35,928 nt of DNA from a virus: IMG/VR virus record IMGVR_UViG_3300014539_000001, positions 1 through 35,928 of that record. One strand, given 5' to 3'. This document shows, piece by piece, positions 13,216-21,296 of the stretch. The notes beneath the pieces are model-generated. The model was not told the origin of the DNA and searched no databases. It saw only the letters and a list, made by a program, of their open reading frames with translations. Numbering within the stretch: the first letter of the stretch is position 1; the number at the start of each line of letters is the position of its first letter. The translations under genes and the position numbers were made by a program.

Positions 13216-13401
13216 ATATTGTAATAAAGTTTTTAAAACAAGAAAAGCAAAAGAGTTTTTTGCTCTGATTATTGTAGATATGAAGGTAAAAAAGAATATT
13301 TACGGCAAAAGGCAAAAGAGTATTATAAAAAATTAAAAAAGAGTAAGAGGCAAAATCAAGAAAATATTTTATTAATAAAAAAAGGTAATGATTATATATA
13401 A
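13181..13401 (+). pseudogene. zf-FCS-type zinc-ribbon gene interrupted by a -1 frame change at a T6 run (13256-13261).
   Basis: The frame of ATG 13181 (SD GAGGAAAG) gives ...CKYCNKVFKTRKAKEFF and then nonsense to 13336. The -1 frame continues CSDYCRYEGKKEYLRQKAKEYYKK... to 13401, restoring a CxxC...FCSxxC motif. Confidence 0.55.
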
Positions 13402-13537
13402 ATATAGAAAAATATCCCAAGATACAGGTCTTAGCTATGGAGTAGTTAAAGCATGGCATGATAATGCCACAGTTTTAAAACAGTTAGTAGCATATTATTC
13501 CTATGTAGGTAAAGAGAGGTATAGAGTAATTGACTAG
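13388..13537 (+). CDS. Small putative HTH protein (49 aa).
   Basis: My translation: MIIYKYRKISQDTGLSYGVVKAWHDNATVLKQLVAYYSYVGKERYRVID. ISQDTGLSYGVVKAW is HTH-like. Confidence 0.35.
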   Translation: MIIYKYRKISQDTGLSYGVVKAWHDNATVLKQLVAYYSYVGKERYRVID

Positions 13538-14078
13538 GACAAGAAGTGAAATAAATACAAAAAATAATGCACAAGGTAAAATTTTTGAAAATCAGATAGC
13601 AGCAGCTTGTTTAGGTTATCTATATGAAGGAAGAGCTTGTATAGATAAAATACCTGAGCCTTTTGGTGTAAAAGAAAAAGATTATAAAACAGGAATGTTT
13701 AAAGGTAGATTTTTTGGTAATAAGAAAGCACAGCCAGATTTTCAAGGTACGTTAAAAGGTGGAAAATCCATTATATTTGAAGCTAAGACAACAACTAAGG
13801 ATAAAATATCACTTAAAGTTTTATCTTCACATCAAGAAGCTTTGTTGGAAAAACATTATCATTTAGGAGCTATAACTGCTGTATGTGTAGGAATTAGCAA
13901 TGATTTTTATTTTGTGCCATATGCTCTTTGGCGGTTATGCAAAGACCAATGGGATAGGAAATATTTTACAAAAGTTGATTTAAAAAAATATAAAGTTCGT
14001 TTTAATGGTGCAGTTAATTTCTTGGATTTAGAAAATGGTCAAAAAATAGAAAATGTTATTGAATATGTAAAAGGATAA
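13530..14078 (+). CDS. recU: RecU-like Holliday-junction resolvase.
   Basis: QGKIFENQI...ACIDKIPEP...PDFQGTLKGGKSIIFEAKTTT...SSHQ parallels B. subtilis RecU (RGMTLEDDLN...AVIHKKPTP...DYNGIYKGRYIDFEAKETK...HQ). Confidence 0.75.
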   Translation: MTRTRSEINTKNNAQGKIFENQIAAACLGYLYEGRACIDKIPEPFGVKEKDYKTGMFKGRFFGNKKAQPDFQGTLKGGKSIIFEAKTTTKDKISLKVLSSHQEALLEKHYHLGAITAVCVGISNDFYFVPYALWRLCKDQWDRKYFTKVDLKKYKVRFNGAVNFLDLENGQKIENVIEYVKG

Positions 14079-14083
14079 ATAAA

Positions 14084-14455
14084 ATGAAAGCTAAATATAT
14101 AAAGAGAATGTGGCAAAGAAAATATAATAATACGATTCAAGGTAGAAGATTAAGACGTATTGTTGATAAGTTACATAAATACCAAGAATACGCAGAATTT
14201 TGTATGAATCCAGAAAGAACGCCGTTTAATAATTGGGACGAGATAATAGCTCATTTAAGATATGTTTTTTGGGTAGAATTTAAAAATTTTTTATTTAAGA
14301 AAGATATAAAACACGGTCTTAAAATGTGGTTTAGATATCATATAGAAGAGGCAGAATATTGGCAATCACCTAAATGGAGTTATTATGATAATTTTCGAGG
14401 GCATCTATGTATGCGATTGAAAATATATCAAGAAAGAGCGTGGGGAAATGAGTAA
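14084..14455 (+). CDS. Hypothetical protein (123 aa).
   Basis: ORF in the early operon, tightly packed. No family recognised. Confidence 0.55.
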   Translation: MKAKYIKRMWQRKYNNTIQGRRLRRIVDKLHKYQEYAEFCMNPERTPFNNWDEIIAHLRYVFWVEFKNFLFKKDIKHGLKMWFRYHIEEAEYWQSPKWSYYDNFRGHLCMRLKIYQERAWGNE

Positions 14456-14816
14456 TAAACGATTTAAGCATAGAAAATTACCGATATGTTATAAATATGC
14501 TAATGAAAGCTTATATAAACAAAATTTAAAAATTATTGAAGAATTTATGGAACAACAAAATGAATTTACAAATGTTGATAAAAAGTTAAAAAATAAGACT
14601 TTAACTTATGTAGATATTGAAAAGCTTGCTTTAGAATTGTTTGATATCAGTCAAGCAGCACAGCAAAATATATTTTTACTAGAAAAACATTTTGGAAAAC
14701 ATTTTTGTTTTACAGCAGATTCTATGATAGATAAAGGTATTAATAAAAATAGAAACCGTAAATATTATGAAAAAGAGGAGTCTTTTGATGTGGCGGATTG
14801 GGGCGGTGAAAAATGA
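14448..14816 (+). CDS. Hypothetical protein (122 aa).
   Basis: Overlaps both neighbours by a few nt (coupling). No family recognised. Confidence 0.55.
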   Translation: MSNKRFKHRKLPICYKYANESLYKQNLKIIEEFMEQQNEFTNVDKKLKNKTLTYVDIEKLALELFDISQAAQQNIFLLEKHFGKHFCFTADSMIDKGINKNRNRKYYEKEESFDVADWGGEK

Positions 14817-15010
14817 AATATTGGTGTACTAATACAGAATATGGTGCAGATATAGGTGGATATATCTGCACCATAATGAATAAACCATGCCCTTATTTGA
14901 AGCCATATTATACAAAAGAATGTGTAAAAATGGCTAAACTTGTAGAATTGGGAGTGCTTAAAACTATTATGAAAAGAGGTGTAAAAAATGAGACCAGGAA
15001 TAGTGATTGA
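14813..15010 (+). CDS. Hypothetical Cys-containing protein (65 aa).
   Basis: ATGA overlap with the upstream ORF. Confidence 0.5.
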   Translation: MKYWCTNTEYGADIGGYICTIMNKPCPYLKPYYTKECVKMAKLVELGVLKTIMKRGVKNETRNSD

Positions 15011-15446
15011 TGGTATTTGTATAAAAGAAGTGAAGTTAAAAGAAACCAGAAAAGAGGAAAAAATTTTTATAAAATATGTAAAAGATGATAAGCAAATAAC
15101 TTTAGAAGATACAGAGAGAGCAACAATAGATTTTTATGAAACATTATTAAATTTGCAGTCTGCAGGTCGGAGAATATTACAATTTCCTGTTTCGCTTAAA
15201 GATAGAATTACTATTACAGGAGTAACATTTAAATGGAATAAATACGGAGAATTAAGCCAAGCTATTTTGCAGGGGAAATATAAATTAGGATATAGAGATA
15301 TAAAACAATGTTTTTTTGCTAGAAATTATGAAGAAAGTGAAAACAATGGTGGATATAAAAAAGACGAATTAGAATTATTAGAAAAACTGCAGATATTGAC
15401 TATAAATTATATAAAAGGTATACGTGAACAAACAAGATTAATATAA
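14988..15446 (+). CDS. Hypothetical protein (152 aa).
   Basis: SD AGAGGTG. No family recognised. Confidence 0.55.
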   Translation: MRPGIVIDGICIKEVKLKETRKEEKIFIKYVKDDKQITLEDTERATIDFYETLLNLQSAGRRILQFPVSLKDRITITGVTFKWNKYGELSQAILQGKYKLGYRDIKQCFFARNYEESENNGGYKKDELELLEKLQILTINYIKGIREQTRLI

Positions 15447-15457
15447 GGAGAATTAAT

Positions 15458-15553
15458 ATGTTTATTGCAGGTCTTATACTTGGCGGTTGGATAGGTGCTT
15501 TTATAGGTATTGGTCTTATGTGCTTATTACAGATAAATAGAGGTGGAAGATAA
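15458..15553 (+). CDS. Glycine-zipper TM micro-protein (31 aa).
   Basis: SD AAGGAG. My translation: MFIAGLILGGWIGAFIGIGLMCLLQINRGGR. Confidence 0.4.
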   Translation: MFIAGLILGGWIGAFIGIGLMCLLQINRGGR

Positions 15554-15581
15554 TGGAATTTATGAATATTTTAATTGTAAA

Positions 15582-15701
15582 ATGGGTGTTATAATTGGAA
15601 TAATGTTAGGTGCTGTAGTTGGTTTTATTGGAATTGGAGCTATAGTGAGGATTGTTCTTAAATTTTTGGGTAAAAGCAAGCAAAAAATAAATAAAAGATG
15701 A
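15582..15701 (+). CDS. Glycine-zipper TM micro-protein (39 aa), a paralogue-like neighbour of 15458-15553.
   Basis: My translation: MGVIIGIMLGAVVGFIGIGAIVRIVLKFLGKSKQKINKR. Confidence 0.4.
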   Translation: MGVIIGIMLGAVVGFIGIGAIVRIVLKFLGKSKQKINKR

Positions 15702-15709
15702 GGAATAAT

Positions 15710-16237
15710 ATGGTTTACAATGATAGTTTTTGGGATAAATTTAGAAAGATAATAAGAGAAACAGTCCAAGAAATAATGAGAGAATTTATTTCTAAGCCAT
15801 TAACAAATGATAAAGATTATAGGAAAGAAACTGTAAAAAAATTAAAAGCATATCCCGTATTAAAAAATAATATAAAAGAATTTGAAAAAGATATTCAAGA
15901 TATACAAAAAGAAGAGTTTGGCAGTAGTCCAGCTGTTCATATTGCTCAGGCATGGTGGGGTGCAGAATTAACTATAGATGAAATTAGGCATGCCGAATGT
16001 TTAAAGATACAAAAAAAGATAGACCGCGATGAACGAGTTATAAATGAAGTAAATCGAGCCTTGAAGGAAATTGAGGATAATTGCTATGCACCAATTATTC
16101 CATTATATTTCTTTGAAAATAGGAAGGTACAAGAAATAGCCGAGATTCTGCATTGTGATGTAAAAACAATCTATGCAAATAAGAAAAAGCTAATAGACAT
16201 ATTAATATTGAAATTCTATGGCGGTGATGCAATTTGA
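15710..16237 (+). CDS. ArpU/RinA-like (sigma region-4-like) late-gene transcriptional regulator.
   Basis: KLKAYPVLKNNIKEFEKDIQDI, followed by the C-terminal HTH KVQEIAEILHCDVKTIYANKKKLIDIL. It lies just upstream of the packaging genes. The track start is 15698; ATG 15710 has the better SD. Confidence 0.6.
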   Translation: MVYNDSFWDKFRKIIRETVQEIMREFISKPLTNDKDYRKETVKKLKAYPVLKNNIKEFEKDIQDIQKEEFGSSPAVHIAQAWWGAELTIDEIRHAECLKIQKKIDRDERVINEVNRALKEIEDNCYAPIIPLYFFENRKVQEIAEILHCDVKTIYANKKKLIDILILKFYGGDAI

Positions 16238-16395
16238 ATATAAATAATGAATTTATTTATTATATAGGTGTATTAACAATTATGTGTTATGTGGCTTATT
16301 GTTTTTTGGGGATAGTTAATAAAATTTTTAAAGAATATAATAATCTTAAAGGTGAATATAAGAAAATATATTTAAAGCAAAAAAATAATAAGTGA
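16234..16395 (+). CDS. Possible small TM protein (53 aa, TTG start).
   Basis: The TTG overlaps the upstream stop. One hydrophobic segment, IGVLTIMCYVAYCFLGIV. Weak support. Confidence 0.3.
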   Translation: MNINNEFIYYIGVLTIMCYVAYCFLGIVNKIFKEYNNLKGEYKKIYLKQKNNK

Positions 16396-16399
16396 TAGA

Positions 16400-16639
16400 T
16401 TGACAAAAAATCCAGACCCTAATATTCCAAAAGAATGGATTTGCTGGGGTACAAATGATATGGTAAATACTTATCTTGAAGAAGAACATATTTGTAAAAT
16501 AGAAACACCAGCAGATGCAGAAGGTAAGGAAATAATAGAGTTGATAGACAGCAGACCGAATGGAGATATTTATATTACGCAGGTTGCTCTAAGAAAATTA
16601 ATTAAAGATATCTATATATTAGCAAATAGAAAAAGCTAG
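16400..16639 (+). CDS. Hypothetical protein (79 aa, TTG start).
   Basis: ORF-track entry. No family recognised. Confidence 0.45.
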   Translation: MTKNPDPNIPKEWICWGTNDMVNTYLEEEHICKIETPADAEGKEIIELIDSRPNGDIYITQVALRKLIKDIYILANRKS

Positions 16640-16652
16640 AAAAAAGACGCCA

Positions 16653-16681
16653 TTGAATATGGAAAAAGTACCTGCTATAAT
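16653..16681 (+). promoter_or_regulatory. Near-consensus promoter in front of the late operon.
   Basis: TTGAAT (16653-16658), 17-nt spacer, TATAAT (16676-16681). Confidence 0.7.
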
Positions 16682-16786
16682 TTTTATTGTGGAAAAATGA
16701 AATTTACAAATTAATGGTATTTCTTTTCTAGGTTACTAACGAACTCAAAACTTAATAGCGTGACTTAAGGACATTTGGCAGGGAAA

Positions 16787-16815
16787 GGCAATCAATTAAT
16801 ATTGATTGCCTTTTT
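16787..16815 (+). terminator. Intrinsic terminator about 125 nt downstream of the late promoter and upstream of the first late gene.
   Basis: GGCAATCAAT-TAAT-ATTGATTGCC (10-bp perfect stem), followed by T5. Confidence 0.8.
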
Positions 16816-16838
16816 CATTTATAAAAGAAGGTGAGTAA

Positions 16839-17051
16839 ATGACAATAATTAAATGTAACAAATCTAAATGTTACTACAATGTTAATGGTATCTGTACCCA
16901 TAGAAAGATTAAACTTAAGTATGGTAAGTGTTTAGGTTATACAAGAGATAGTAATAAAACTTTTACGGTTAGAGATTTGGTGCATTTTAAATCTACTTGC
17001 CATAAGGAACATGGAAAATATAAAAACAATTCATATAAAGTTTATAGATAA
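16839..17051 (+). CDS. Cys-rich small protein, DUF1540-like.
   Basis: IKCNKSKCYYNVNGICTHRKIKL resembles the DUF1540 pattern (C..C.YN...C.A..I.V). SD GAAGGTGAG. Confidence 0.5.
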   Translation: MTIIKCNKSKCYYNVNGICTHRKIKLKYGKCLGYTRDSNKTFTVRDLVHFKSTCHKEHGKYKNNSYKVYR

Positions 17052-17052
17052 G

Positions 17053-17114
17053 TTCACGGGTCCTTCCTGGGGGGTCCGTATGCTAATGCGGGACCGTGAG
17101 CCCGGACTTTTTTT
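17053..17114. other. GC-rich imperfect hairpin cluster ending in CGGACTTTTTT. Terminator and/or cos-region candidate.
   Basis: CACGGGTCC...GGGGTCCG...CGGGACCGTG...CCCGGAC then T7. CGGACTTTTTT recurs at 17200-17210. Confidence 0.35.
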
Positions 17115-17255
17115 CTCAAAAATTGAAAAAAATTGCCTTACAAGTCTGCATAAAAATGTCTTTTGGTAGTGTAAAAAATAGCTAAAAGCCTTTTAATGAC
17201 GGACTTTTTTATTTGCTTATTAAGTTTATAAATTTGTCAGATTTGAGGTGAGAAC

Positions 17256-17744
17256 ATGGCCAAAGAAAAAAATGAGCAAATAAAGAGCAAATTTATTTAT
17301 ACAACAGCTGATACTTGCGAATTTTTTTCGATAAGCCGTGATACTTTATCTAATTGGGCAAAAAAAGGCGCGCCAAAAGTAGGGCGTGGTAAGTGGGATA
17401 TAAGGCAATTAATGCTGTGGCGTTATGAACAACAGAAAAACGTCAGTCCAGAAGCCAGAAAACTAGAAGCAGATGCGCGGTATCGGGAATTAAAAGCAGA
17501 AATGACGGAAATTCAACGCGATATCTTAAACGGTAAGTATATTGCATCGGCGGAAGTATATAAAACATTGGTGGAATGTTTCGGAAAAATAAAATCAATT
17601 TTGCTTTTTACCAGCAATCAAATTGCAACGGACCTGAGTTCCCAATATCCGGAGATAACTTTACTGGTTAAAGAGAAAATCGATAAACAAATTGAGAGGT
17701 GCTTAAATGAGTTATCTAAAACGGGGGCTAGTAGAAAGAAGTAA
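17256..17744 (+). CDS. terS: Terminase small subunit, Nu1-like.
   Basis: N-terminal HTH TADTCEFFSISRDTLSNWAKKGAP. Overlaps the GpA-type TerL start. Confidence 0.75.
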   Translation: MAKEKNEQIKSKFIYTTADTCEFFSISRDTLSNWAKKGAPKVGRGKWDIRQLMLWRYEQQKNVSPEARKLEADARYRELKAEMTEIQRDILNGKYIASAEVYKTLVECFGKIKSILLFTSNQIATDLSSQYPEITLLVKEKIDKQIERCLNELSKTGASRKK

Positions 17745-19530
17745 TAGCTCACAGCAGACTTTAGATAAGATAATTGCTATGGCTATGCAGACATTTAAGC
17801 CACCAGAAAAATTAACTGTTAGTCAATGGGCAGATAAAAATAGAATTTTGTCTGCGGATGAAACAGATAAACCAGGACCGTGGGAGACGGCAAACGTTCC
17901 GTATCTTAGAAAAATAATGGACTGCTTCACTGATGAACACGTTAGGGAGATAGTTTTTCTTAAGTGTACGCAGATTGGTGGCACAGAAGCACTTTTAAAC
18001 ATGGTTGGTTATGTAGTAGACCAAAATCCGAACCGTGTTATTTATGTTTTGCCAGATGATACATTTTGCAAAGATTTTTCTGAGCTTAGACTTCAAAAAA
18101 TGCTGGATAGTTCGCCGATACTTAAAAATAAATTTAATGAATATGAGAGTAAGGATACATTGCTTAAATTTAACGGAGGTTTTATATTTTTTGCTTCGGC
18201 ACAATCTCCGTCAAAATTGGCCAGCTGGTCAAGTCGATATATTTTCCTGGATGAAATTGAGAAATTTCCAAAGAAAGCAAAGAAGGAAGCCAGCCCGTTA
18301 AAACTGGCGGAGGAAAGAACGAAAAACCGCTTTAATGCCAAAATCGTGAAAGTATCAACTCCGGTTTATAAAAGTGGTCCTATTTGGATTGCATGGGAAA
18401 AAGCAGATAAAAGATACCGCTATTTTGTTCCGTGTCCGCATTGTGGCGAGTACCAGACTTTTGAATTGGCAAATATAAAGTGGCCAAAAGATGAGGAAGG
18501 AAATTCCAATATCACATTGGCACGACAGGCTGCTTATTATGTCTGTAAAAAGTGTGGTGGTCGTATCGATGACCGGCATAAAATGCAGATGTTAAAGCAC
18601 GGAAAGTGGATGGCGGAAAATACAACGGTAGGACACGCTAAATCTGTAGCATTTCACATTAATTCAATTTATTCACCGTGGGTTAGATTCGGCGATGTGG
18701 CAGCCGAATTTTTGGCCAGCAAAAATGACCCCGTGGATATGCAGAACTTTGTAAACTCATGGCTTGGAATGCCCTATGAAGATACTGCATCGGAACTTGA
18801 AGCAAATCAGATTTTAGCAAGGAGAACGGAAATACAAGAGGGATGTGTTCCGGACTTTACACAGCTTATAACTTGTGGTGTGGACGTACAGAAAAACAAT
18901 CTTTATTACACTGTACGCGCTTGGGGATTTGGCGTAATAAGCCAGAATATACAGTACGGTTCTCTTAAAAATTTTGATGAACTTACGGAATTAATGGATA
19001 GATATTTTTGCGATACAAACGGAGAGCCACGTTGGCAGATAGATTTATGCGTTATAGATAGCGGGTACAGGACTGAAGAAGTTTATGACTACTGTCTGCA
19101 AATGCAGAGCCTTATGGGAAATGTGGTAATCCCCTGCAAAGGTGAGTTTAACGTAAAATCCGAGGGCAGATTTAGAAAAAAGGTAATAGATAATGTAAGT
19201 GTAACGGAGACAAAGGCGGGACTTGGGCAGACTATTTATCTTGTAAATGTAGATAAATACAAAGATGTTATTGCATCCCAATTAAAACGACCGATGTATC
19301 AATATGGTGCATTCATGTTTCACGCTGACACTGAAATTGAATATGCTGAACAGATGACAAGCGAGCATAAAATTGTAGAAATAAAGAATAATAGGGAAGT
19401 TTATACATGGGTACCAAAAACAAGCCATGCAAAAAATCACTATTGGGACTGTGAAGTATATGCTTCTTTGGCGGCTGATTTAATGCACGTAAGACATTTG
19501 GATAAATTAGATATAAAAGAAGGTGAATAA
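17707..19530 (+). CDS. terL: Terminase large subunit, lambda GpA family.
   Basis: LTVSQWADKNRIL..., FLKCTQIGGTE (Walker A-like), and the GpA-typical zinc ribbon CPHCGEYQ...CKKCGGRID. 607 aa. Confidence 0.9.
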   Translation: MSYLKRGLVERSNSSQQTLDKIIAMAMQTFKPPEKLTVSQWADKNRILSADETDKPGPWETANVPYLRKIMDCFTDEHVREIVFLKCTQIGGTEALLNMVGYVVDQNPNRVIYVLPDDTFCKDFSELRLQKMLDSSPILKNKFNEYESKDTLLKFNGGFIFFASAQSPSKLASWSSRYIFLDEIEKFPKKAKKEASPLKLAEERTKNRFNAKIVKVSTPVYKSGPIWIAWEKADKRYRYFVPCPHCGEYQTFELANIKWPKDEEGNSNITLARQAAYYVCKKCGGRIDDRHKMQMLKHGKWMAENTTVGHAKSVAFHINSIYSPWVRFGDVAAEFLASKNDPVDMQNFVNSWLGMPYEDTASELEANQILARRTEIQEGCVPDFTQLITCGVDVQKNNLYYTVRAWGFGVISQNIQYGSLKNFDELTELMDRYFCDTNGEPRWQIDLCVIDSGYRTEEVYDYCLQMQSLMGNVVIPCKGEFNVKSEGRFRKKVIDNVSVTETKAGLGQTIYLVNVDKYKDVIASQLKRPMYQYGAFMFHADTEIEYAEQMTSEHKIVEIKNNREVYTWVPKTSHAKNHYWDCEVYASLAADLMHVRHLDKLDIKEGE

Positions 19531-19737
19531 ATGCGAACAACACAAGAACAGTTGGAAGCCATAGATAAAGCAATTTATGCTTTAGAAAATACAGGAGTAA
19601 AAAGTTATAATCTTGGTACATACAGCGTAACGAGAGAGGATTTATCTACGCTATATGATGAGCGTAGGCAACTTAAAATAGAATTGGCATATGAAAATAA
19701 TAATGGAGGTGTATTTGTAGGAGTGTTTAACAAATGA
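19531..19737 (+). CDS. Head-tail joining protein, gpW-like (68 aa).
   Basis: Its size and its position between GpA-type TerL and the lambda-type portal match lambda gpW. Confidence 0.7.
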   Translation: MRTTQEQLEAIDKAIYALENTGVKSYNLGTYSVTREDLSTLYDERRQLKIELAYENNNGGVFVGVFNK

Positions 19738-21296
19738 ATATATTAGATAAGGTAATAAATTATATATCTCCAAGCTGGGCTTATAAGCGTATGCACTGGC
19801 GAATGGGAATACGACAGGCATATGATGCCGGTAAGGTTTTTAATACTTCTGCCAGTTGGGTTCCGTATAATGCCAAAGCTGAACAGTTGAACGAAGCCGA
19901 AAGAGATTTTATTCGTGCTAGGGCAAGAGATAGAGAACGTAATTCTGATTTTATGCAGTCGCTTATAAAAGCTTATGAAAGAAATGTGGTTGGTTCAGGC
20001 TTTAGGGTTCAATCACAGATAGAAGATGAAAAACTTGGAAATGAAATGGAAAAAATTTTTTCTGAATGGGCAAAACCTCGTAATTGTGAGGTAACGGGGC
20101 AGCTTAGCTTTAGAGAAATATGCAAAATGATTATCCGCCGTCGAATTATAGACGGCGGTATTTTAATTGTTAAGACATACAACGGCAATAAAAAATATCC
20201 ATTTCAGATACAGCTCCGAGAAGTAGACGATTTGGATACAGCTGTATTAACCGGAAGTAATGGCAATATGGTTATAAACGGTGTGGAGATAAATAGATAT
20301 CAAAAGCCCGTTGCTTATCATCTTAAAGTTTATTCGCCGGACGGATGGGACACAGGAAAAACAGAAAGAATACCAGCACAAAGAGTATTGTTTTTGTTCG
20401 ATAAAAAGATGCCGTCTCAAATTCGTGAAATAAGTGAAACAACATCGATGCTAACCAGAACAAATGACATCGATGATTATATTCACACGCTTTCATTAAA
20501 GGAAAAAATACAGGCGGCTTTTACTGTCTTTATTAAAAGGCAATTGCCTACTATGATTGGCGGTCTTGGAAGAAATATACCAGCACAAAAGCGGGAAAAA
20601 TATCCTATAACGGAGATTAAACCCGGCATGATATTTGAATTGCAACCAGGGGATGATGCAACTTCTATTGTACCGAATGGGCAGGCACAAAATGCTAAGG
20701 AATATATTTCTGCTATTCAGCGAATGGGTGCATCCGCGCTTGGTATTGGTTACGAAAATGCTAGTAGAGACATGAGTAATGTAAATTATTCTAGTGCTAG
20801 ACAGAACTTACTGGAGGACCAAAAGAATTTTACAGATTGGCAAATGTGGCTTATAGAACATTTCTTAATGGAAATTTATACAGAAGTTATTATTTCAGCA
20901 ATACTTGCAGGAACACTTAATGTAAAAAATTTTTGGGGAAAGAAAAAAGACTATCTTGCACATCGATGGATAGCTCCAGGTTGGAGCTGGATTGATCCGC
21001 AGAAAGAAGTTAATGCCAATAAAATAGCAATGGAAACAGGTCAAGATAGTGTTATAAATATTTGTGCCAAAGCAGGGCTTGATTATAAGGAAGTATTGGA
21101 GGACCAAGCAAAAGTTTTGGCATATAAAAAAGCACTGGAAGAAAAATATGGTATAAATTTTAGCTCCGGTAGTGCAATAAGCACCGTGCCGAAACAACAG
21201 ACAAATGAGGAGGAAGAAAATGCAGCAGAAAGTAAATCCAACAGAGCAGAAAGTACCACAAACCAGGGAAATAACACTGACGCAGGAAGCAATTAA
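19734..21296 (+). CDS. Portal protein, lambda family.
   Basis: 520 aa directly after gpW. The acidic/Asn-rich C-terminus and the order TerL-W-portal are those of lambda-like modules. Confidence 0.85.
   Translation: MNILDKVINYISPSWAYKRMHWRMGIRQAYDAGKVFNTSASWVPYNAKAEQLNEAERDFIRARARDRERNSDFMQSLIKAYERNVVGSGFRVQSQIEDEKLGNEMEKIFSEWAKPRNCEVTGQLSFREICKMIIRRRIIDGGILIVKTYNGNKKYPFQIQLREVDDLDTAVLTGSNGNMVINGVEINRYQKPVAYHLKVYSPDGWDTGKTERIPAQRVLFLFDKKMPSQIREISETTSMLTRTNDIDDYIHTLSLKEKIQAAFTVFIKRQLPTMIGGLGRNIPAQKREKYPITEIKPGMIFELQPGDDATSIVPNGQAQNAKEYISAIQRMGASALGIGYENASRDMSNVNYSSARQNLLEDQKNFTDWQMWLIEHFLMEIYTEVIISAILAGTLNVKNFWGKKKDYLAHRWIAPGWSWIDPQKEVNANKIAMETGQDSVINICAKAGLDYKEVLEDQAKVLAYKKALEEKYGINFSSGSAISTVPKQQTNEEEENAAESKSNRAESTTNQGNNTDAGSN

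Noticed and set aside
13184-13459. 91-aa minus-strand ORF, together with the alternative-frame ORFs 12537-12782 and 12973-13182.
   Set aside because: They are antisense to the Rep and zinc-ribbon genes, Phe/Ile/Leu/Tyr-rich as expected from AT-rich antisense sequence, and have no translation signals.
16751-16770. TAGCGT (the CS-6 motif of ssoA-type single-strand origins) in a small hairpin loop of the late leader.
   Set aside because: A 6-mer is expected many times by chance. The surrounding sequence lacks the extended ssoA-like secondary structure.
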